Source of the DNA: a virus
Virus record (IMG/VR): IMGVR_UViG_3300045988_062794
Reading direction: 5' to 3' (one strand)
Length of the DNA: 64,000 nucleotides
Positions 42,736-54,700 of this stretch are shown in pieces. Numbering within the stretch: the first letter of the stretch is position 1; each line of letters starts with the position of its first letter. The translations under genes were made by a program, and so were the position numbers. Under the pieces are notes generated by a model. That model saw only the letters and a program-made list of their open reading frames with translations, was not told the origin of the DNA and ran no database searches.

Positions 42736-45700
42736 TTAACTTTTAATACAATGATTCATTTCATCAGTAGGAAATTCATTTTTATCATTAAAATCACTAG
42801 TAGTTTCTGTAGATTGTCCCTCTGTAGTAGGTCTAACTTCAGATGCTTGTTCTACTTCACCATCTTCACTCATTTCCTCATTCAATTGATATCTAATATC
42901 ATTATTATTACCATCAAGACCAAACATATAATCTATACTACTTGCTGGATGGAATACACCATCTAACCCAGCTTTAGTAACATCATTGGTTTGAGAATTA
43001 AGTTTAGGTATAACATTGTTGTTAATCAGTTCTGGTACATCTTCTAAGAAATTACCACCATAATTTGAATAACTAGGAGCAACATTGTTGCCAGGTATTA
43101 TAGAGTATCTTGATGCTGTTTCACCAACTACCCATTTACTTAAATATTCTGTTACCATACCTTTACCACCTTCTCTGTACCCTTTCTTATTAACAAGTAT
43201 GTATACAGGCTTTTCAATAATCTGTTTGCCATCATCCTTTACAAAAGTACCGATATACTTATATAAATCAAAATTACCAGTAGACCTATTATTTCTTACC
43301 TTAACATAAGGATGATAAATAGATATGCCTTCTAAATTCTTACATAAAGCTCGTTTATCAGAACCTTTAAAGGCAACATTGGTTAACTTGCCTCTAACAA
43401 CAGCAGTAAGTTTATATATACCTTTCCTTGTTAAATTTACAGTAGGTACTAATGTATCATTCTGCCAGTTATTACGATAGATTTCATCTATATCTTCCTT
43501 AGTAAATAAGAGATCAAAATCTACAGTATCATCTTCTATATTGCGTACTGCATCAAAGTAACCTATTTCTTCTAAAGCTCTTTGCGGAATAAAGTCAAAT
43601 AGTGAATTAAGATGTTTAATACCTGTACCACTAAACACTGCATAACGAATTAAATCATATGCAAAATCGTGTAATTCTGGCACATTACTATCTAATAACT
43701 CTTGCCAGTATTCACGTATTTGTCTACTTGCATTAGAATTAATATCATCAGAATAGTCAAGGCGAATATAATCTATACCTTTATTAGTGGTATCTGTAAC
43801 ACCTGTTATACTGTTAAGGAATAGATTACTGATTCTACCATTAGTAACAGATATCATAGGATACTTATTACCATTATTAGCTTTATCAGCAAGTATATCC
43901 TTTTTCAGTCTATTTAATCTCTTAGCTATACTATCTGTACCAATAAACAGTCTATTAAGCTCTCTCATACTATTAATAAGTGGACTAGAAGAGTCAGCAT
44001 ATAAAGCTGTTGATCTCCAGAAAGAGTCTATAGCATTGGTAATAGCAGTAATGGCTTGTTTATTAGATATAGTTGCTAATCCACTTGCATTAACAAAAGA
44101 CCTAAACTTATTATAATATTTATCTTTACTCTGGATATTTATATTACCTAATAGATTTAAAGTAAATATAATACTATTGTCAATCTTCTTTTGTAAGAAG
44201 GTATCTTTATAGAATTTGTCTATCATTTCTGGAGTAAAGTAAGGAGATGACTGTACATCAGCTATTTTATCTAAGAATTGACGCATTTCTATAGCATTTT
44301 TACCAAACTTCTTAGTATCAACCTGTGATGCTTTAACGAGATCTGATAAGGCTCTAGCCATAGGATCTATCTGTTTATACATCTTATATACAAGAAGTTG
44401 TCCATAGTAATAGTCAAAATCTTTTTCTTTCTCATTAGCTTTACGCAATAGATTCTCAAGATAACCTAACTTACCAGCTTCAGGTATTTCAAATAATTCA
44501 TCACAACTAAGTTTATCATTATTTAAAAGATTTGTTATAGCATCTCTCTGAATTTTATTAGTAGCCGCTTGATTAGCTTTCTTAGTAAACTCTTCAAGAA
44601 TAGCTTTCTCTTTCTCATTATACCTACTCTGGAATGATTTAGTAGAATCAATAGCATAAGTACCTTTACTCTGAATGTAATCTTGTGCCATGCGTTTCAT
44701 TATCTCTTGAGATACAAAATACATAGTGTTCTTACCAGCACCGCTTCTTAGCAATAAATTAGTAACATTATAAGTAAATGTATTTACATTCAGTTTAATA
44801 ATGTAGTTATCTTTAGCAACGTCTACGTGAGCACTAATCAATGCAGACAACCAGTCAAGAATATGAATATCGTCTACACCAGATACTCTATGTAAATTAC
44901 CAAATTTAGGCATATACTCTGGTGCTTGCATTACTAACTCTACCAACTGACCTAATACATGATGAGGGTTATTCAAAGCAAAAGGACCAATACCTGATTT
45001 ACTATCAGCAAAGTCTTGTTTTAAATTATCCTGATATGCTTCTGTATATTCAAATAGAGCTTGATTATTCTTAACATCTAGGAAATATACTTCTACAATA
45101 CCTTTCTTCATGATATTTACAGGTACGTCAAGAGGTCTAGTAGTATCGTGTACATTCTTAGGATCGAGTAATGAAGCCATAAATGTATCAATAAGTAGAT
45201 TCTCTACTGCTCCTTGACTATTCTCTGACATAGGTTTATCAAAGTTATATTCAGTTTTAGCAGTTACATACTCATATACTTTGTAGTTACCATCTGTATT
45301 GTCGTAACGTACATTGGAATTCTTACTTTTTAAGTATTCATTTATAGCTTCAGAAGCCTTCATTGAGTTTCTCCTTGTAACAGGTTCTCCATTACGAATA
45401 GCTAATACTTCATCTGCCCAAGCGTCATACCCTTTTAAAGCATTTTCTCTTTCAGCATTAGTAGCATTTCTACCAAGCTTGTTAGAACGTTTTGTAGTAT
45501 AGTTATAACGGGTTAAGAACAGTTTATCAATATCGAAGTCAGAACCAGTTCTTGCAGTAAATTCATCAGGTAGTATTATAATATCTCCTGCTTGAGACAT
45601 TACTACATCCCTAATAGTAAGAGCAGCAATAGAAGACATACCCTGTGTTGGCACACGATAAGCCATACTTGAAGGTGAAGCATTATCGCCGATAATATGG

Positions 45701-48700
45701 TTATCAATTAACCACTGTCTAGCTTCTAAGAATGACATATTGTCATAACCAGGTATAATGTGCTTAAGTAAATTAATACTAATTACACAGTCCATAGAAT
45801 TATTTTCATTCTTAAGCATTAGCTTACGACCTTCATTTACCATGTACTTACTATAGTCTTGTTTAGCTTCTGCTTGACTAAGCTTGTCTATAGATTTCAT
45901 ACCAAATGAAGACATCTGTACAAATGTACCACCAGGTAAATTAATATCTACAGTCTCTTTATTTACTTTGGATATTAACTTAGTTACAAGTTGTTTTGAT
46001 AATGGTGATGCTGAAATAGGTACATTAAACTCGCCTCTTTCATTCAATGCAACTTGATTTACTATATCAGAATCAGTATTACTTGCAATTAAGTCTCTTA
46101 CAAGCGAATCTGAGATACCTTGTAAGTCTTTGAAGGTAAACGTACCATCTTCATTTTTAACTGCGTGTAAATCCTTTAAAAGCCTATTTAAACCTCTATC
46201 TGATAAGTCATCAATAGCTCTCATAGCATAATCACGTAATTCACGACCAGATAGCTTCTTACCATTTGGTAAATAATAATCACCATCAAGTCTGATGTTA
46301 GAATATACAGTTTTCATAGCCTGTGTTACCAACATACGCTTTTCTGCTTCGTGAGCTTCAATAGGCATCTGATTTAATAAGTTACCAAAGCTCTGTTGTC
46401 TAAAAGTAATGGGTTTGTTATAAGAACCGTTTTCATCCTTAGTAAATTCTTCGGATATTTGAGACTGAGAAGTATCTGTATAGAAATCATATTCAACAAT
46501 ATTACCTACTTTTACTGCTGATTTAGTAGTAAACATATCAATAGGATTGGTAGTATCATTCATTCTATCATACAGAGCTTTTAAGTCTCCAGTTGCTAAT
46601 ACTTTAAACAGAGGGAAGATAGCCATCTTATTAAAGATAGGCATATTTATGAATTCACCTTGTAATGGTTCAAGTATTTCATTACCAAAGTAAACCATCT
46701 TCTTTGGTGACATTACTGCTGCTAGGGTATTTATATATTTACGTACATCACCAAGATCATCAGCATGTTCTTCTACATAATCAATAGCAGCTTCAGTTTC
46801 AGCATCTAATAATCCTTGTGTAGCAAGAATAGCTTTATACATAGTAGGAGAACAATATACAGAAGCATCTGCTTGGTTAATAGGATTGTCTTCTGTATTT
46901 ATAGTAATATTACCCTCTTTATCCATAGTAATATCACCATATAGTTTTAAATCTCGCTCTGTACTAGTTTTAGCTTTATCTTTAATAGCCTGAGGTATAT
47001 CTTCATGACTAAATAAATCATCAGATTCAAATACATTGTCTATGAATTCTTTAGTATAATTACCATCATTTTCCATAAGTTCTCTTACATAAGCTCTGTA
47101 AATAGCTTTGTAAAGTTCTTTAGGTTGATTAGTGTGTGTTTCGATATCTTTCAGACCAGCCACATTGTATCTGCCATTCTTATACCTAGGTATTTTATTC
47201 ATAATGTGATTTGGATCTGTAAAGTCCAATCTAGGTCTATCACCAGTTGATAGCGTACCAGCAAGACGTTTAGATACATCAGGATAGTTCTTAAAGAATG
47301 CTACATCTTTGTATATTACTTTTTCTGTTTCAAACATTGAAACAAAATGATTAACAGTAAATGTCCAAATAGCATCCATAATAGCAAGATTCTCTCTTAA
47401 CATTTTATTCTGAGAACCTGATAACTGAGCATATGTATTAGCATAGTTATTACTTCTTTCATTTATAGATGAAACAGGTAAAAACTTATTAGACCATAAG
47501 CCTGATTTCTTTTGTTCAATCAAACCTAATTTCTGTACATACATTAACTGTTCATGAGCTCTGTGAATAAGAGTGGTATTAATGTCTTCTTTCAATTGAG
47601 CAACATTATTGAAAGTATCCATTAACTCCTGATCACTTAAACTATTAAAGTCTATATAGTTAGTATTACCGTTTTCATCAGTATGCCATACTCCACGAGC
47701 AATACGGAACTTACCACCTTTACCAGTATCCTTTCCTTTCTTACCAAAGTACATAGTAGGTCTATTAGCATCGTCTATTTGGTCTTCTGCTAATTTCATT
47801 CTACGATACTGTAGTATAGCATCATATTCACTCTTATAATACTTATAGAACTGCTCTATTACATCTTTAGACATCCTAATACTGAGTTCACCATCCAAAG
47901 GTACAATCTCCATTGTACGGTCTTTAAACAGTCTAAGACCTTGTATAGGCATATATGTCTTTTTGTCAGACATAGTAGGAAGTACCAATATATCATTCTC
48001 AGATAATGTAAATTTAGAAATGAATGTTTCTACTTTAGGAGCAGATTGATAATCTGTACCTGTGTTACCAGAGTTATATTCGGTAATGTTAAGTAATGTA
48101 CCTACAGTAAGACGAGTATTAGGGTTACTCTTTAACTGATTATACACTATAGAAGAACTATTGATAGGACACTTTAACAGTTTATTAACGTAAGATCTAT
48201 CGTTATTCAATTTCTTTATTTCTAGAGTAATATAGTTATGTTTAGATAGAGGATAAACTGTAGTATTTTTTGGACCTAATACCTTTTCTTCAAGGTTATT
48301 GTTATTCAATTGATAATGTACAATAGCTAAGTTAAGTATGCTATTTTCCCCAGTAAATATAGCATCAGCAGTACGTTTAATACGGTCAGATGGTTTATCT
48401 TTTACTGGTCTACGTAATATTTCAGGTATAGCTTTAGCTAAACTACCATCTCTATTACTTGTTAATAAGTCTTTAGCTGCCTGTAATATAGTAGGCTTGT
48501 TAACAGAATTGATAGCTGATACTTTATCTACAATTGCTTGGAACAAAGTATCATAAGTAATAGATATACCTATTTTATTATAAATATCTAGTAATTTATA
48601 TAATGCCTGACTAAGATCTTCATTAGTAGATGAATCTGTCAACTTAGCTAATTCATTTGTAGCTTTAGTGAGTTCATCTCTTAATTCTTTAAGTTTAGCC

Positions 48701-51700
48701 ATATCAGGTTTTCTATTACCCTGCTCATCAGTTATCATAAATTCACTGTTATAGAAATTTCTATTCCAGTCACTTACAATACGCTTACCATTACGTACAT
48801 TTACACTACCACCTAAGTTAGATATGTACATTACCTCATTAGTACCCACATCTTGATATCCTACAGTAAGGAAATTGTGTCTAAATCCAGTAATAGTTTG
48901 GAATATCTGTGTCTGTAAGTTAGAGTCTTTTATCTTAGATAATCTATTATATACAGAAGCAAAGAAAGGATCTGTTTTAGATAATTGAGCAGCTTTACGT
49001 ATTAAGCCACCATAACTATCTTCATCAAATAGCTTATCTACAATTCTACGCCAAGCTGCCACAAATGGAGTTACACGTGGAATACCTGTTTCAGGATTAA
49101 TATCCCTAGTATAGGTTTTAGTAGCAGTGTTATATACACGATCTTCTATTGAAGATAGAAACAGTTTAACAGCTGGTCTAATGTTGTGTAGAATGGATAC
49201 TTCATAAGATGCTTTATCATATTTATCAAAGTTATCCTTTTCTATTTCACCACCATCACGTTCTTCTGTTTCTTCATACTCTTGCTCTTCCTTGATTTGC
49301 TTTAAGCTTAACTCTGCTAACTTTGATTGTACATCCTGTTTGAATATACTAAAATTATCAAACAGTTCTTTAGCAGCAGCTCTCTGTTCAGGTGTAGCAG
49401 CTTCATCATATGAAAGATCTTCTAAGAATTCTCTCATATCATTGTAGTCTATGTTAATTCTAGATAAGTCATCTACTATATCTTCAGTAGTCATAGACTG
49501 GCTAATATAAGATGTAGTAAAGTAATCTACAGCCTGGAAATAACTATCAAGAGATTTAATATTCTGAAATTCATGACCATGCTGTGTGAAATTAACCCGA
49601 TCACCATAAGCTGCTACAAATCTATCCTTAGCTTCTTGTGTTACAGGTACATTAGCATATTTACCTTCATATATACCTCTAAAGATGCTCGTAGGTCTTA
49701 TTTTACCTACTAAGGAGTATACAAAATCTATAAGCTTATTAAACCATTTAGTAATTCTATAAACCTTAGAAGGTACAGTTTCAAGCATATACTTTCTAAA
49801 GTCTTCAGCCAATGCTTCTTCAACTTGTTTGTTAGAAGCATTTTTCATATTTTCATGAGAAGCTCTGTAAGAATCATATACTTTATTACGCTGCTGTTCG
49901 GACATTAACAATAGAGATACCCTATGGTATGCTTCATGGTATTCAACACCAGCTGGGTCACTAGAGTAAAGATGAATAGCATCTTGTGTCATATGAGATA
50001 ATGCTGTAGCTGGCATATCAGAAGATACTGCTACATCAATTATATCAATTTCAGCATCAGACATACCTAACTTCTCTTTCAAGAAGTTACGTGCTTGAAC
50101 CTTATTCATCTTTTCTTTAGAAGTATATGTCTTCTTAGGAGTAAAGTTTACTCTTACTTCAGTTTCACTACCACCAAATGTATTAAGATCGCGGAATGTA
50201 CGACGTTTGCGAGTAGGAGCAGGTTTCTCTTCTACTGTAGGTTGTTCAACTTGAGGTTCACTTACTGTTGGAACAGCTGTAGAATTAGGAATATTAGTTG
50301 GAGCATCCTGAGTAATACCATCAGCAATGACGAATGGTCTTTCATATCTCTCTGTATTAAGATTAGATTTTAACATACCATTCTTAATCATCCATGCTAA
50401 TAAAGAATGATCTAAGTCATCTTTAGTAAATACTACGCCAGGCACTAATTCTAATCTACCATTAGCTTTTTCTACACTACTTGCTAGTCTTCCTTGAAAT
50501 AGATCTCTAAGCTTCATGTCTACTGACACAACATCGTTGTTTTTTGAAGGTACCTTAAAGGGCATAGAACCTTCTTTCATAAGCCAATCTACAAAAGCTT
50601 TTCTCTCTTTATCTCTCTGGTCTGATGTTAAGCCAGCAATTGAGGTGCTATTATTACCATATACTAATTTACCTACTACACCACTGTTATCTACATATAA
50701 CTGCTTATTACGTAAGTTTTTAGCAGCAGCATCACTAATGTCACTATTATCTTTTACTTGGGTAGCTTCTCCATAATTCAAGAATAACTTGATTAAGTCA
50801 GAGCCAATAAGATCTGTATTACCTATCTTATCATAGCTTGAGAACCCAGACTTAAACACAATAGTAGATAATAGATTAGCTAGTTCTTCTAAGTTGTTAT
50901 AACTTACTGTGCTAATCTTTAATGGCAATGGTCTACCTGATAAACGTTTGTTGCCAGCTATAATATAATATACACCACCTGAAGTAGTACCAGTAAAACC
51001 AGTATTATCCCCATGTATAGTATATATAGTTTCAGCAGATCTTACGCCAGTGCTGTAACCAAAGTTATCAAGTTCTTCATCTAAGTTAGTACTTAACTGT
51101 AAGATATTATTGAACTTAGCATCATTAATAGGAGCATACTTACTAATACCTTCTACTGCATTATGTATTAATGTACGTGTAGGAGTTACTTTGATATTAT
51201 AATCTATTGCATTAGTAAGATTACCATTAGAATCTTTCACAACAAATCTAGATATAATATCAGCACGTGCAGCCCTAAGATCATTTATTAAAGTATTATA
51301 CTCTTCACTAGTATCTCCTACTCTAAGATTATTAGGACTACGCATAGCTAACCAGTATTTCTTACCAGTTTTACTATCTGTAATTATCATACCTACCCTA
51401 GCCCAATCATATGTAGCTGGATTGTTCCATTTTACTTTAGTACTATTGGTCTTATAGTGTATAAAAGGTGCTACAGAATATTCAAATGATAAGTCACTTA
51501 ATCTAGTACGGAATAACTCTGGTAATTCCGTATTAAGTGAGAATGTTACTCGATTACCGTTTGCAAAAGTTATTGTTTCGCTTAATTGAGCATCGTGTTT
51601 ATAGTGAAAGGTATTGAGGATACCTAATCTACTATCTTCTGAAAAGTCCTTTAATTCATTATCGGTAATCGCATCTGCTGGAATGGCTTCTGGAGCTTGT

Positions 51701-54700
51701 GGAGTTGGTAATACGCCAGCTTTGGTAGCTTCTTCTACTTGACTTTCTGTAAGATCACTCACGGGTGTATCAAAGAGATCATCCACAGTAATAGCAGCAA
51801 CTTCTTGAGGAGAACTCATTCTAGCTCTATCTTCCTCTGGCATCTGATAATAAGCAGTAGTATAAGCACCTTTAATAGAATCAAAGTGAGTAGTTAACTT
51901 TTCCCTATTGTTACCAATAGCCTCATACATATTCAGGGCTACTTCTTTAAATTTGTATGCACCTAAATTAAACGCATTACCTAATAATTTTAAGAAAGCA
52001 ACAAATATCTTTGCTTGTTTCTCAGCATTTGCTGCTGGGTCAAAGGCAAAGCCCACACTATTGTCGTCAAGTAAATCAAAGAAATCTTGAACGGACTTAT
52101 TGAACTTAGCTTTAGCATCCTGAGCATCTTGTTTAGCTTTTGCTGCTTTACTAGGTTTAGATACTTCTACTGCTTCACCACCTCTTTCATCAAATACACC
52201 TTCGCCTGTAGGATCACCAAAACCACCTGCAAAAGGATCTTCATCAGAACTTAATATGTCATTATTTACTACAGGTTTTTCCTTTTCTGTATCTGTTGTA
52301 TCTATAGAAGAAGGAGCAGCAGTAGCAGCAGGTTGAACAGTAGGTGTACCTAAGCCTATATCTTGACCTTCTGCAGCAGCTATTAAAGCTGCATCTGCTT
52401 CATCCAGCTCACTAGCACTTATGGTTCTTCTAGGTTTACTTGGCTTAACCGGTTTGATAGGTTTAGTGGGAGTGACCGGTTTAACTTGTTCTACAGTAGG
52501 AGCAGGTTGTTCTGTAACTGTACCAGTGGGTACTGTAACAGGTTTAGATGGTACTACAGGCTTATTAACAGTTTGTTGTTCAGTAACACCAGTAGTTCCT
52601 TCCATCATCTCTCTGCTCTGTTCTTTCTTAGCTTGATAAAGCTCAAGCATTTCATCAATGAGCTTTTCACCCTGAGCATTATGAATGTTACGTAAAGCCT
52701 TTAATTTAAGGTTTCTACGCTTTTTAGGCGTTTTCTTTTCCTTAGCCTCAGTAATGATATCAGCACGTTGTGAAGCCTCTGTAGGGGTTATTTTAGCACC
52801 ATTCTCAATACCATTGAAAGCATTATAAATTTCCTGGTTTCTTTCAGCGTTAATTTCTGAGAATAATCTATCTTCTATAGCATTCTCATATTCAGTAACT
52901 TCATTGAAAGCACCAACAGATGCCACCTGGTTATTTAATAATGTCTTATCACCAGTATAGTTCTTATACCAGGATGGCATTGCTTTATCTATAGACTTCT
53001 TTCTTGCTTGAAGTCTATAACGCATATCATCTAGTTTAGCTAAAGTATATTCATTACCTCTTAATTCAGCAGGATTAGATGTTGATTTAACTATTTCTGT
53101 AGCATTATTAACCTCATTGAGCATATTATCTAACACTCTCTGTTGTTCTTGTAACTTAAATAGTTCTCTAATCTCATCTTTAGATACAATTTGGTCTGTA
53201 GATTGAGCATTGTTATTAATGACATTAAATGCGTTGTCTACAGCTTTTTCCATCTGAGTAGATAATACTGCATTTGAATTAAGTGCTTGTGCTTTACTAG
53301 TAAGTTGCTGATTCTTATCCGTAAGGTCTTCTAATGAAGCTTTAAAATCTTTCTCAGCTTGCATATACAAACCTACTAAGTTACCAAATTCTTCAGTATT
53401 CAGTTCTATGCCTAAATTCTCAGCTAGGTCTTTCATCCTATCAGATTTAGCCACAGTAAATACACGAGATGCAAACTGTGCTTCTTCTAAAGCATCATCA
53501 CTTGTAAAACCTTCTGGTAGATTCTCTGTAGGTCCTTCAGCTAGATTAGCCCATGCATTAACTACTTCAGATTCAACACCTTTAAACTTGCCACTAGCAT
53601 AGGTAACTGCTTTAGACATATCTTCTTTAGTATTGATCTCACCTACAGCAAGTTCATTTACTTTATCCATCCCTTTAGTTTCCTTATACAAGGAGTATGC
53701 TCCTCGAGCATTTACACCTACTTGCATAGGGGATAAAAGACTAGCAGCTGCACCAAGCTTTACATTATTCCAGTACTCACTGTCGTTCTCATACAAAGCA
53801 TCCTGGTAACCAAAAGGACTACCAAGTATATTTGCAAGGGTTCTACCTTTTTCTTTATAAGCACCAAACAGAGATGAAGCTAATCCTTCTAGATTCAAAT
53901 CACTATCATCAAAGTCACCTCTTTTATAAGCTGCGCCAGTAGTATATTGTGCGCCCTCTTCTAATGCTTCATTAAAAGAAGTAGCAAGATTACGCACTGC
54001 TAAATCACCGCCTATATAAGCAGCTTTAGCAGCTCTACTAGCCCAACTTCTAGTTGCTTTATCTATAGCATTTCTACCTAATATATATTTAGATAGAGTC
54101 TTTTTAGCAGCATCAGCAGCTTTATCACCTATTGCTTCAATAGGGTCTGATAATAAAGCACCTTTCTTTATAGTCTTACCTAACCAACCATCAGCAATTT
54201 TACCAAAGTATGGTAACATGATAACATCACTAGCTAAATTAGATGCGTAGGTAATTGACATATTTTGAGCAAAATCTCTATCTAAACCTTGTCTTGCTTG
54301 TATCTGAGCTTCTGCTAAGATAGGATTAGTAGATTCAATCTGACCATCTAATATCTTTTCAAATATCTTATCGTCAGATAACCTTGCATATCTTTCATCT
54401 AGACCGTTTGCACGAGCTTCATCTGCAATGTTGGAAATAGTTAAACCTGTGCTAGTAATTAACTGAGTTACTCTATCTCTATAATCATCTGCAACATTAG
54501 CGTTAGCTTCATTTTCAGCTTGCTTATAGTTAGAATAAAGTAACATACCAGCATTAGCTACGTCTAAAGCAGCTGATATAGCACCTACTGTACCAGCAGC
54601 TACACCACCAACAGTACCACCTGCAGCAGTACCAGCACCAGGTACAACACTACCTGCTATAGCACCTGAAGCTGCCCCTATAGCTGCTTTAGAGATTGCC

